From positions 2,656,001-2,720,000 of the forward strand of contig NZ_JAQNDL010000001.1 of the NCBI RefSeq assembly GCF_028368995.1: a stretch of DNA of 64,000 nucleotides. Direction: 5' to 3'. Of this stretch, positions 54,801 through 64,000 are shown one piece after another (the first letter of the stretch is position 1; each line of letters begins with the position of its first letter). Source of the stretch: Nannocystis bainbridge. GTDB lineage: Bacteria > Myxococcota_A > Polyangia > Nannocystales > Nannocystaceae. A program made the position numbers and the translations under genes. The notes below the pieces were generated by a model. It did no database searches and was not told where the DNA came from. It saw only the letters and a list, made by a program, of their open reading frames with translations.

Positions 54801-57155
54801 CACGGCCTGCACGCCGTCGTCCTGGCCGGCACCGGCCGCCGCGACGACGCCTTGCGCCACCTCGGTCGGGCCCGCGGCGGCGCGGCCAGCTTCGCCGAGG
54901 ACCGCGGCCAGCTGGCCAACCTCTACGGCCTCGAGGTCGTCACGCTCGTCCTCCTCGGCGAGACCTCGGCCGTCGTCGACGACGCCATCGCCCGCTTCGA
55001 CGCCCTGTCGCTGCGCCCGCGCGAGGTCCCCTACCACGTCCGCTACGCCTACGCCTTCGTCGTCCACGCCCGCCTCCACCAGGCCCTGGCCGCCCCGCCG
55101 GCCCTGCGCGGGCCTCACCTCGTCCGCCTGCGCGCCGCCCTCGACACCCTCACCCTGCTGCCGAACCACCCGGTCCTGCGCGGCTTCCTCCTACTTGGCC
55201 GATCGGGCATGTCCTGGATGACAGGTCTCTTCGACCATGCCCTCACGGACCTGTCCGAAGCGGAGCAGCTCGCGTTCGCCAGCGAGAACCGGTGGCTGCG
55301 CTGCGAGGCGCTGCACCACCGGGCCCACGCGCTGTGCGGCGCCGGGCGGGTCGACGCCGGCCGCCGCGAGGCCCGGGCCGCCGCCGCGCTGGCCGAGGAG
55401 CTGGGCTGGCGCCCGCGCGCCGAGGCCATCCGCCGCACCTTCGACCTCGGCGCCGTCCACGAGCCGCGGGGCACCAGCGACGGCCACCTCGGCGACGTCC
55501 AGGCCGCCCGCCTGCGCCGGCACCTCGACGCATTGCTCGAGCTCAGCCTCGCCTCCGCCACCGCGCGCGCCTTCGAGGAGCAGGCGCGGATCGCCATCGA
55601 CGAGCTCGCGCGCCTGCTGGCCGCCGAGCGCTGCGCCCTGTTCCTGTGCGACGACACCGGCAAGCTCGAGTTCAAGGTCGGCCGCGACGCCCGCGGCGGC
55701 GAGCTCGCGGCCGACTTCGGCGTCGTCCGCGACGTCGTCGAGCAGGTCCAGAGCACGCGCGAGCCGATCGTCGTGTCCGGCGAGGACCGCGGCGGCCGCG
55801 GCCGTCACAGCGCCATGGCGGCCCCGCTGATCCTCAAGGATCGCATGATCGGCATCGTCTACCTCGACAACCGCCTGGTCCGCGGCGCCTTCACCAGCGG
55901 TGACGTCGAGATCTTGTGCGCCATCGCCGGTCACATCGCCATCGCCCTCGAGACCGCCCGCGCCGCCCAGCTCGAGGCCCAGGTCGTCGCCGCCGCGCAG
56001 GAGAAGTCCGCCCTGCTCGAGCACGCCACCAGCGCCGTCGGCATCGGCATCGCCGTCCTCCAGCCCGACGGCGAGCTCGCCCGGCACAGCCCGATCCTCG
56101 CCGACATGACCAGCCGCTGGCCCTCCGTCGCCGACTGGTGGGCCGGCGCCGCCCGTCAGCTGCTCCTGCCCGAGCCGCGCCCGTGCCCCCACTGCGGCGA
56201 GGTCCAGTCGCTCGGCCGCAGCGTCGCCGACCTCGTCCAGGACGGCGAGCGCCAGGTGTTCGAGATCACCTTCACCGGCCACTTCCACGAGCTCGACCTC
56301 GCCACCCCCGGACATGTCCTTTTGGTCAGCGACATCACCTCGCGCAAGATCTCCGAGGAGAACCTGCTGCGGCTCAACGAGGAGCTGACCTCCGCGCGCG
56401 ACCAGGCCCTGGCCGCCAGCCGGGCCAAGAGCACCTTCCTCGCCAACATGAGCCACGAGCTGCGGACCCCGCTCAACGCCATCATCGGCTTCAGCGAGAT
56501 GTTGGTCGAGGACGCCGAGCACGTCGGCAGCCGGCAGATGGTCACCGACCTCGGCAAGATCCGCATGTCGGGCTCGCACCTGCTCGACCTCATCAGCACC
56601 ATCCTCGACCTCTCCAAGGTCGAGACCGGCAAGATGCAGCTCGAGATCGTCGAGTTCTCGCTGCCCGCGCTGGTCGCCCGGGTCGCCGCCATGATCACGC
56701 CGATGATCGCCAAGAACCGCAACATGCTGGCACAGGCGATCCAGACCGACATCCACACCATGGTCGGCGACGAGACCAAGGTGAAGCAGATCCTCTTCAA
56801 CCTGCTGTCGAACGCCGCCAAGTTCACCACCGACGGCGTCATCACGCTCGGGGTCGAGCACGAGTTCGACGAGGCCCTGGGGCGCGACGACATCGTCTTC
56901 ACCGTCGAGGACACTGGCATCGGGTTCCGCCCCGACCAGATCGACAAGCTGTTCCAGGACTTCTACCAGGCCGACATGTCGACCACCCGCAAGTACGGCG
57001 GCACCGGCCTCGGACTCGCCATCGTCCATCGCTTCTGTCGCCTCATGGGCGGCGAGATCGGCGTGTCGAGCGAGCCCGGGATCGGCTCGACCTTCCGCGT
57101 CCGGTTGCCGCGCCACCTGGTCGAAGTGCCGCACAGCGAGGCGCCCGCGGCCTGA
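51885..57155 (+). CDS. Hybrid signalling protein: degenerate Ser/Thr kinase - AAA/STAND ATPase - helical repeats - GAF - histidine kinase
   Basis: Kinase-like N-terminus ([18 protein letters not shown]); Walker A GEPGSGKS; GAF (GIVYLDN...AFT); [16 protein letters not shown]; [10 protein letters not shown]; GGTGLGL. Confidence 0.92.
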   Translation: MPDTPTAQLPGVQLLEEVGRSARSVVYRARRGDFVVAVKLLRTDAGELETAALSFRREAATLATLSHPCVVQVFEIGDAAGLPYVIMEYVEGRTLAARLAAGPLSEAEAIQLGLQLAGVLGEIHRRRLLHREMRPQNVLLLPNASGLVKLVDFDLRDGAPPGAAGPAAYRAPEQGGLLDRTVDARSDLYALGAMLFEAVSGRPPFLAREPDELLRQHAVLAPPPLRELVPRCSPAFAAVVARLLAKDPDDRFQTGEATAAALLAIDESIGTGPFGHFAKDRLDGPLVGREPELRRLEEAHARAREGLGGGVLVTGEPGSGKSRLLAAFAAARAGDGVPVLSVRCQPDARPLAGLRAAVDPHLRRLRPDTAALAGGDGGELVSATVDALALIAEANPGAVLWVDDAEVIDDATLAALRLLVGRIAELPLLLVTVGRFERWAGELDRDGACEFLALEALSEPAVAALMAAMLGQRRVDDELVRLVESRSGGLPLGVIEYVRAMLDGGVLRPFWDVWQVEVAGLANLHLPGDVQQLLLTRVARLRERTRDALRAAAVLGPDVKPALLARVLGRDPLGVSQALSEAAAARLLERGPLGDYVFVHNRVREALLAGLDGAGLASYHQRVAEALDNVDIDGDGLHRLAHHYLAGDHSKPERAIEVCLRAGRLAQAESADEDAYRYFRRADELRARVGLPPDPRLDEGLSEVCSRTGRHEEAEVHVSRAMSQETDPARRAQLLRRRARVELFRLEHKRALASLAAAFAEVGATMPSRSPLALLLSFGMVLAAALIAATGVGRAVGPRRARATLLAQLYDDAVRVAYFDIRTATLLQAVGRLRYYGERLGPSAELARAKIALGIIYAAVGRSHAARRCAAEGVAMATAVGDRRTLARVSFYAAAIHESCGDVLASEQMLARTLADHHRWLENWGLVFTHQLLALNLWVRGHDGRALAVLRRLTAELELEGDRTTRQATVFTHGLHAVVLAGTGRRDDALRHLGRARGGAASFAEDRGQLANLYGLEVVTLVLLGETSAVVDDAIARFDALSLRPREVPYHVRYAYAFVVHARLHQALAAPPALRGPHLVRLRAALDTLTLLPNHPVLRGFLLLGRSGMSWMTGLFDHALTDLSEAEQLAFASENRWLRCEALHHRAHALCGAGRVDAGRREARAAAALAEELGWRPRAEAIRRTFDLGAVHEPRGTSDGHLGDVQAARLRRHLDALLELSLASATARAFEEQARIAIDELARLLAAERCALFLCDDTGKLEFKVGRDARGGELAADFGVVRDVVEQVQSTREPIVVSGEDRGGRGRHSAMAAPLILKDRMIGIVYLDNRLVRGAFTSGDVEILCAIAGHIAIALETARAAQLEAQVVAAAQEKSALLEHATSAVGIGIAVLQPDGELARHSPILADMTSRWPSVADWWAGAARQLLLPEPRPCPHCGEVQSLGRSVADLVQDGERQVFEITFTGHFHELDLATPGHVLLVSDITSRKISEENLLRLNEELTSARDQALAASRAKSTFLANMSHELRTPLNAIIGFSEMLVEDAEHVGSRQMVTDLGKIRMSGSHLLDLISTILDLSKVETGKMQLEIVEFSLPALVARVAAMITPMIAKNRNMLAQAIQTDIHTMVGDETKVKQILFNLLSNAAKFTTDGVITLGVEHEFDEALGRDDIVFTVEDTGIGFRPDQIDKLFQDFYQADMSTTRKYGGTGLGLAIVHRFCRLMGGEIGVSSEPGIGSTFRVRLPRHLVEVPHSEAPAA
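55191..55256. repeat. 14-bp-period decamer array (5 units) embedded in the hybrid kinase CDS
   Basis: Cores at 55194, 55208, 55222, 55236, 55250; further in-gene arrays at 52693-52730, 52893-52916, 54030-54067, 56310-56333. Confidence 0.8.
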
Positions 57156-57285
57156 AGGGCGGCGCGCGCACCCGTCGCGCTGCGCCGGACCCGCAGCCTG
57201 GAGAAAGCCCGCGAGGGACCTCCCGTGGCCGCACGAGCGGACACTAGTCCGCGAGGGCCTCTTTTGGCGACAATCTCAGGGCCTG

Positions 57286-58707
<1,422 letters not shown>

Positions 58708-58814
58708 GCCCCGTTCTGCCTCCGGGTGCGCCCGGCTCGCCGTCCTCGCCCTGTGTGCTGGGGCACGAGTCCGCGCGTGACCCTCTCCGCTCCGCCTGGT
58801 AGATTCCGCGCGCC

Positions 58815-60008
58815 ATGACGAAGGGCACCACGTCGCTGCTCCTCCTCGCCTGCTTCACCGTCGCTGCCGGAGCCGCGGCGTGCAAGCGCCCCAACACCGG
58901 CTACGCGCTGTCGCCCTGGGACGCCACCGCGATGGCGAGCTGCGACCAGCACGGCCAGCTCGCGCGCACCTGCAACGAGTGTAACGGCCGCGACCTCAAG
59001 GCCTGCCTCACCGTCGCCCACGACTACGAGGCGCGCCACGACGTCTCGCGCGGCTATCGCGACCTCAACACCGCGATCAGCTTCTACGGCCGCGCCTGCG
59101 AGCTCAACTACATCCCGGCCTGCGTGCTGCTCGGCAATCACTACTCGGTGGTCCGCCCCGAGCCGCCGGCCCGCCAGGACGCGGTCAAGGTGCGTGACGA
59201 GTCGTGCGCCGAGGTGGCCGCCGCGTGCAACAAGAAGGACGCGCTCGCCTGCCGGATCGAGGGCATGTGTCTGAGCGACGACTGGCACGCTCGCAAGAGC
59301 CCGCTGGATATCCCGAAGGCCATCACCGCCCTGACCTCCGCCTGCGACCTCGGCGACGCCATCGGCTGCGCTCGCCTCGGCTGGCTGCAAGCCGCCGAAA
59401 GCAAGGACGAGTCGGGCCTGACCCAGGCGTACGGCGCCTACCAAAAGTCCTGCGACCTCGGGCTCGCCGAGGGCTGCATCGGCCTCGCCGCCTACCTGCA
59501 ACACGGCATCGGCACCCCCGCCGATCCCGACAAGGCCCGCGCCATCGCCAGCGAGTGGTGCGCCCGCGGCTCGCGCGAGGCCTGCCACGCCGAGTCGGGC
59601 CACTACACCGCCCTGTGGGCCCTGCTGACCGACGACGCCGCCACCAAGACCTGGGCCCCGCCGGACGCCAAGCGCCTGGGCGCGCTCGACCTGCAGGTCG
59701 CCTGGTCGCAGGGCATCGGCCGCACCGGCTTCTGCATCGAGTCCACCGGCGCCGTCGACAAGATCACCACCCTCGACTCGGTCGGTGACCCGGCCGTCGA
59801 CCAGGTCCTGCGCGACACCGTCAAGGCGTGGAAATTCCCGCGCCACCCGAGCACCCCGATCTGCGTCACCCACGAGCACAACTTCGTGTTCGCGGTGCGC
59901 CCGTGGATCTTCCGCTCGTACTACATCGTCACGAACCAGTGGGTCACCGCCCGCGGCGGCGTCACGATGCTCGACCACGACTGGCAGCGCCCCGCCCGCA
60001 ACCGCTGA
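58815..60008 (+). CDS. Cys-rich Sel1-like repeat lipoprotein with TonB-C-like C-terminal domain
   Basis: AGAAAC lipobox; repeats RACELNYIPAC, SACDLGDAIGC, KSCDLGLAEGC; FCI..TG.V...SVGDP.VD......VKAWKF. Confidence 0.75.
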   Translation: MTKGTTSLLLLACFTVAAGAAACKRPNTGYALSPWDATAMASCDQHGQLARTCNECNGRDLKACLTVAHDYEARHDVSRGYRDLNTAISFYGRACELNYIPACVLLGNHYSVVRPEPPARQDAVKVRDESCAEVAAACNKKDALACRIEGMCLSDDWHARKSPLDIPKAITALTSACDLGDAIGCARLGWLQAAESKDESGLTQAYGAYQKSCDLGLAEGCIGLAAYLQHGIGTPADPDKARAIASEWCARGSREACHAESGHYTALWALLTDDAATKTWAPPDAKRLGALDLQVAWSQGIGRTGFCIESTGAVDKITTLDSVGDPAVDQVLRDTVKAWKFPRHPSTPICVTHEHNFVFAVRPWIFRSYYIVTNQWVTARGGVTMLDHDWQRPARNR

Positions 60009-60176
60009 GCGCCCGCCTCCTCGCGGCCGCGTCCTCGCGGCTGCGTCTGCGCCCCGCATCCCGCTCGCCGAGCGGGAGGCCCGCCGCGACTGTCGTGCTC
60101 CCATGCTCCGCCTGCCCCGGCTCGGGCCCGCGAGCTGGACACGCCGCGAGCTCGCGTGCTCCCATGAGCGTCGCCC

Positions 60177-63017
60177 ATGTCCGCGCTCGCGCAGCGACTG
60201 GCCGAGTTCGCGGCCCGCGTCGGCTCGCTCGTGGGCGCCGGGCCGGGCGACGCCCGGGCCTTCTGCGACGGCCTGCTGCGCGCCTTCGGCTGGCCTGACC
60301 TTCACCATGCCGGCGGCCAGTTCGAGCCGCCGAACCGGCTGCTCCTCGGCTCGACCTTGCTGCTCGAGCTGCACCCGCGCGGCACCGACCTCGCCCGCCA
60401 TCGCGCGCCGCTGTTCGAGCACTGGCAGTATCACACCGCCCACCCGCGCTACGTCGCCCTGTGCGAGTTCACCGGGCTCGAGCTCCACGAGTTCGCCGTG
60501 CAGCTGCACGAGCCCGTCGATCGCCTCGCCGTCGCCGACCTCCCGCGCGACCACGCCGCCCTGACCTTCCTCCTGCCCGAGCCGCAGCCGCCGCGGTTTC
60601 GCAACGATCGCGTCGCCGTCACCCGCGACGCTGCCGCGCGGATCACCGCCGTGTTCGACCGGCTCGTCGCCCGCGGCGTCGACCGCGACCGCGCCCGCCG
60701 CTGCAGCCTGCGCATCGTCCACGCCCTGTTCGCCGCCGACCTCGGCCTCCTCCCGCGCACGTCCCTCGAGTCGCACCTGCACGAAGACGCCGCTCTCGAC
60801 CCCCTCTCGGCCGACGAGCGCGACCTGCTCGCCCACGCCGCCGCTGCCGACTGGTCGCGCGTCCAGCTGCCCGTGTTCGGCGCCCTGTTTCAGGCCGGCA
60901 TGGACCCAGGCCGCCGCCACGCCCAGGGCGCGCACTTCACCGGCGAGGCCGACATCCAGCGCCTCGTCCTGCCGACCCTCGTCCGTCCCTGGCGCGAGCG
61001 CATCGCCGCCGCCGACTCGCCTGCGGCCTGGCTCGCCCTCCACGCCGAGCTCACCGCCCTGCGCGTGCTCGACCCCGCGTGCGGCAGCGGCGACATCCTC
61101 CACGTCGCCTACCGCGAGCTGCTCCGGCTCGAGGCCGAGCTGCTGGCCCGGCTCCACGCCGAGCTCGGCCCCGTCCCGCTCCCGGCCCGCGTCTCGCTGG
61201 CCAACCTCGCCGGCATCGACCGCGACCCCTTCGCCATCGAGCTCGCGCGCACCACCCTGCACCTCGCCGACGCCTATGCCCGCCGCGACCCCGGCCTGTC
61301 CCTCGAGACATCTGATTCCCGCGAGCTCGGCCTGTCCCTCGAGACATCTGATACCCGCGACCCCGGCCTGTCCCTCGAGACATCTGATGCCCGCGAGCTC
61401 GCCCTGTCCCTCGAGACATCTGATTCCAGCGTGCCCGGCGACCTCCGCCGCGCCGACGCTCGCCACGCGATCGGCCTGTCCCGGGAGACATCCGCGCGCC
61501 CCGACCTGCGGATCGCCGACGCCCTCTTCACCGACTGGCCCCCTGCCTCCGTGATCCTCGGCAACCCGCCGTTTCAGGCCAAGAACAAGATGCAGCGCGC
61601 CTTCGGCCCCGAGTATCTCCGCCGCCTGCGCGCCGCCTACCCGCAGGTCTCCGGCCGCGCCGACTACTGCGTCTACTGGTTCCGCAGGGCCCACGACCTG
61701 CTGCCGCCTGGCGGTCGCGCCGGCCTCGTCGGCACCAACACCATCCGTCAGAACGAATCACGCGACGGCGGCCTCGGCCACATCGTCGCCACCGGCAGCA
61801 TCACCGAGGCCGTCGCCGCCGAGGTGTGGTCCGGCGACGCCGCCGTCAACGTCTCCATCGTCAGCTGGGTCAAGCAGAGCGAAGTCCGCGGGAAAAAATA
61901 CCTCTCGTGGCAGACCGGCGACGCCGCCCACAGCCCGTGGCAGACCGTCATCGTCGACCGCATCGGCCCCGCGCTCAGCCCCGACACCGACGTCAGCGCC
62001 GCCACCCCGCTGCGCGCCAACCTCGTCGCCGGCTGCTATCAGGGCCAGACCGTCGGCCACGACGGCTTCCTGCTCGCGCCTGCCGAGGCCCGCCGCATGC
62101 TCGCCGGGGCCCCTGGCGACGCCGCAGTGCTGTTCCCCTACCTCGGCGGCGACGACCTGCTCGGCCGCAAGGACGGCGGCCCTGGCCGCTGCGTCATCGA
62201 CTTCGGCGAGCGCGACCTGCCCGCGGCCCGGGCCTTCGCCGCCCCGTTCGCGCGCGTCGCCGCGGCCGTCTTGCCCGACCGTCGCCGCGCCGCCGCCGAT
62301 GAGCTGCGGCGCAACGCCGAGGTCGCGCAGGGCCACCCTCGCGCCCGCGTCAATCGCCACCACGCCGGCTTCCTCGATCGCTGGTGGCAGCTGTCCTGGC
62401 GGCGCGGCGAGATGCTGGCCGCGATCGCTGCGCTGACCCGCTTCATCGCCTGCGTGCGCGTCACCCGGCGCCCGATCTTCGAGTTCGTCAGCCCGCAGAT
62501 CCGTCCGAGCGACGCCCTGGTGGTGTTCGCCCGCGACGACGACTACTCGTTCGGCGTCCTGCAATCGGCCCTGCACTGGCAGTGGTTCGCTGCCCGCGGC
62601 TCCACCCTCAAGCGCGACTCTCGTTACACCTCGAGCACCGTGTGGGGCGCCTTCCCCTGGCCGCAGGCCCCGAGCGCCGCGCAGGTCCGCCAGATCGCCG
62701 TGGCCGCCCGCCAGCTCCGCACGATCCGCGCCGCCGCCCTGCAGCAGCACAGCCTGTCGCGCCGCCAGCTCTACCGCACGCTCGACCGCCCCGACCGCAC
62801 CCCGCTGCGCGACGCCCACGAGGCGCTCGACGCGGCCGTGCGCGCCGCCTACGACCTGCGCGGCGACCCGCTCGGATTCCTCCTCGAGCTCAACCGCGAC
62901 CTCGCCGCCCAGGAAGCGTCCGGCGCCGCGATCGTCGGCCCCGGCCTCGACGCCCTGAGCCCGAGCCCCGAGCTACGCGCCGCCTGCACCTCGAGCGACT
63001 GCATCACCCCGGCCTGA
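60177..63017 (+). CDS. MmeI-like (Type IIL/IIG) N6-adenine DNA methyltransferase with degenerate nuclease domain and a repeat insertion
   Basis: GAHFT, VLDPACGSGD (motif I), ILGNPPF (motif IV), ADYCVYWF, GLVGTNTI.Q, FGVLQS..H..W, RYTSSTV...FPWP. Confidence 0.88.
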   Translation: MSALAQRLAEFAARVGSLVGAGPGDARAFCDGLLRAFGWPDLHHAGGQFEPPNRLLLGSTLLLELHPRGTDLARHRAPLFEHWQYHTAHPRYVALCEFTGLELHEFAVQLHEPVDRLAVADLPRDHAALTFLLPEPQPPRFRNDRVAVTRDAAARITAVFDRLVARGVDRDRARRCSLRIVHALFAADLGLLPRTSLESHLHEDAALDPLSADERDLLAHAAAADWSRVQLPVFGALFQAGMDPGRRHAQGAHFTGEADIQRLVLPTLVRPWRERIAAADSPAAWLALHAELTALRVLDPACGSGDILHVAYRELLRLEAELLARLHAELGPVPLPARVSLANLAGIDRDPFAIELARTTLHLADAYARRDPGLSLETSDSRELGLSLETSDTRDPGLSLETSDARELALSLETSDSSVPGDLRRADARHAIGLSRETSARPDLRIADALFTDWPPASVILGNPPFQAKNKMQRAFGPEYLRRLRAAYPQVSGRADYCVYWFRRAHDLLPPGGRAGLVGTNTIRQNESRDGGLGHIVATGSITEAVAAEVWSGDAAVNVSIVSWVKQSEVRGKKYLSWQTGDAAHSPWQTVIVDRIGPALSPDTDVSAATPLRANLVAGCYQGQTVGHDGFLLAPAEARRMLAGAPGDAAVLFPYLGGDDLLGRKDGGPGRCVIDFGERDLPAARAFAAPFARVAAAVLPDRRRAAADELRRNAEVAQGHPRARVNRHHAGFLDRWWQLSWRRGEMLAAIAALTRFIACVRVTRRPIFEFVSPQIRPSDALVVFARDDDYSFGVLQSALHWQWFAARGSTLKRDSRYTSSTVWGAFPWPQAPSAAQVRQIAVAARQLRTIRAAALQQHSLSRRQLYRTLDRPDRTPLRDAHEALDAAVRAAYDLRGDPLGFLLELNRDLAAQEASGAAIVGPGLDALSPSPELRAACTSSDCITPA
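61284..61496 (+). repeat. In-frame 36-bp tandem repeat inside the methyltransferase; each unit carries a CCTGTCC-N4-AGACATC dyad
   Basis: Units start at 61284, 61320, 61356, 61392 (A-B-A-B), plus an in-register degenerate unit at 61464; encodes (RD/RE)xGLSLETSD. Confidence 0.92.
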
Positions 63018-63248
63018 CTCGCTCGACCGTTCCGACCCACGACCGATCGGCATGCGCACCCTCGCAGCCCGACCCGAACTCGTGTCGCCTGCGAATCACC
63101 CTCGGCCCGCCCAGCCACGGGCTCCGAAGTCGTGCCGACCGTGAATCCGTCGCGCGCGCCTCACGGCCCCACACCGGGCCGCCCGTGCATCCGACTCTCG
63201 GGCCTCGCGCCCTCCACCAAACCCGCGAATCGCCCGCTCGCGGCCCGC

Positions 63249-63944
63249 TCAGCCGCGGGGCCACATCTTCGTGCCCTTGCGGCCCCACACGAACGACACC
63301 CCGAACGTGAACTCGCCGTGGTGCCCGTAGCTCAGCTCTCCGCCGGCCGCCTTCGCGTACGACGGCGTCACGATGTCGCGGCCGTCGACGCGGATCGCCA
63401 CCCACTTGCTGACGTAGATCTTCAGGCCGCCGCCGACGTGGAGCGCCCCGTCGACCTTCTTGCCGATCAGCTCGTCCTTCGACGAGCCGCCGAACATCCC
63501 GCCGCCGGCCACCAGGAACGGCGTGATGCGGGTCGGCAGCTGCAGGATCACGTGGGCGCGCAAGCCGAACAGCACCGCTCGCTTGCCGTCCTCGACGTCG
63601 ACCTTGGTCGGCGACACGTTGCCCTCGACCTCGACGCCGACGAAGCGGACCGGCAGGTACGCCAGGCGCAGGCCGATGTCGAAGCCGGTCTTGAACGGGC
63701 GCGCCGGGATCGGCGGCTCGACCCCGTAGAGCCCGTGGTCCTTGGCCGGGAACAGCGCCCCCATCAGCCAGCCGACCTCGATCATGTGCAGCTCTTTGCG
63801 CCACGCCGGCAGCGGCTTCTCGGGCTTGGCCTCGACCTCCGCTTCGGCCTCTGCGGCCGGCTCGTCGGCGCGGGCCAGCGACGGCAGGGCCAGGGCGGGA
63901 ACCAGGACGGAGGCCAGTACGAGGACTTTCGGCATTCGCGGCAT
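63249..63944 (-). CDS. Outer-membrane beta-barrel protein (OmpA-membrane-domain-like)
   Basis: Signal peptide ...ALPSLARA; amphipathic strands GLRLAY, VGVEVEG, RITPFLVAGGG, HVGGGLK, WVAIRVDGR, FTFGVSF. Confidence 0.8.
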   Translation of the reverse strand: MPRMPKVLVLASVLVPALALPSLARADEPAAEAEAEVEAKPEKPLPAWRKELHMIEVGWLMGALFPAKDHGLYGVEPPIPARPFKTGFDIGLRLAYLPVRFVGVEVEGNVSPTKVDVEDGKRAVLFGLRAHVILQLPTRITPFLVAGGGMFGGSSKDELIGKKVDGALHVGGGLKIYVSKWVAIRVDGRDIVTPSYAKAAGGELSYGHHGEFTFGVSFVWGRKGTKMWPRG

Positions 63945-64000
63945 GCGGGCTCCGGGCGAGGCGGACCATCATGTACCGCGAAGCCGGGCAAAAGACGAGC

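Overview
A very GC-rich (by eye about 70% or more) bacterial chromosomal window. The MYXO-CTERM peptidases, Thr-rich lipoproteins, Ser/Thr kinases, hybrid kinase and divergent ECF/kinase pair point to a myxobacterium, probably Nannocystaceae (inference). There are about 40 real CDSs; most long ORFs in the track are GC-rich shadow frames. Contents in order: kinase/ECF pair; TetR-MFP-RND efflux unit; a 7.4-18.1 kb accessory block (kinase plus a duplicated array of two lipoprotein families, including a recent 1,640-bp tandem duplication and an internally deleted copy); EamA, DUF924, MMPL, vWA lipoprotein, AbfD-like dehydratase, histidine kinase, AstB-like protein with Cys-to-Ser, L,D-transpeptidase, GST, App1, two MYXO-CTERM metallopeptidases, LLM oxidoreductase; a DUF5131/TcmP cassette; double DsbA; a pseudokinase-AAA-GAF-HK hybrid; and an MmeI-like methyltransferase. 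I saw no rRNA, tRNA, CRISPR, integrase or transposase. The most striking unexplained signal is a palindromic decamer (consensus GGACATGTCC, degenerate RRNCATGYCC) repeated with a strict 14-bp period (dyad TGTCC-N4-GGACA). It occurs at roughly 30 places by manual scan. The longest arrays lie between convergent genes, and shorter arrays sit inside coding sequences at the cost of rare codons. This looks like a genome-wide DNA code for an unidentified binding factor.
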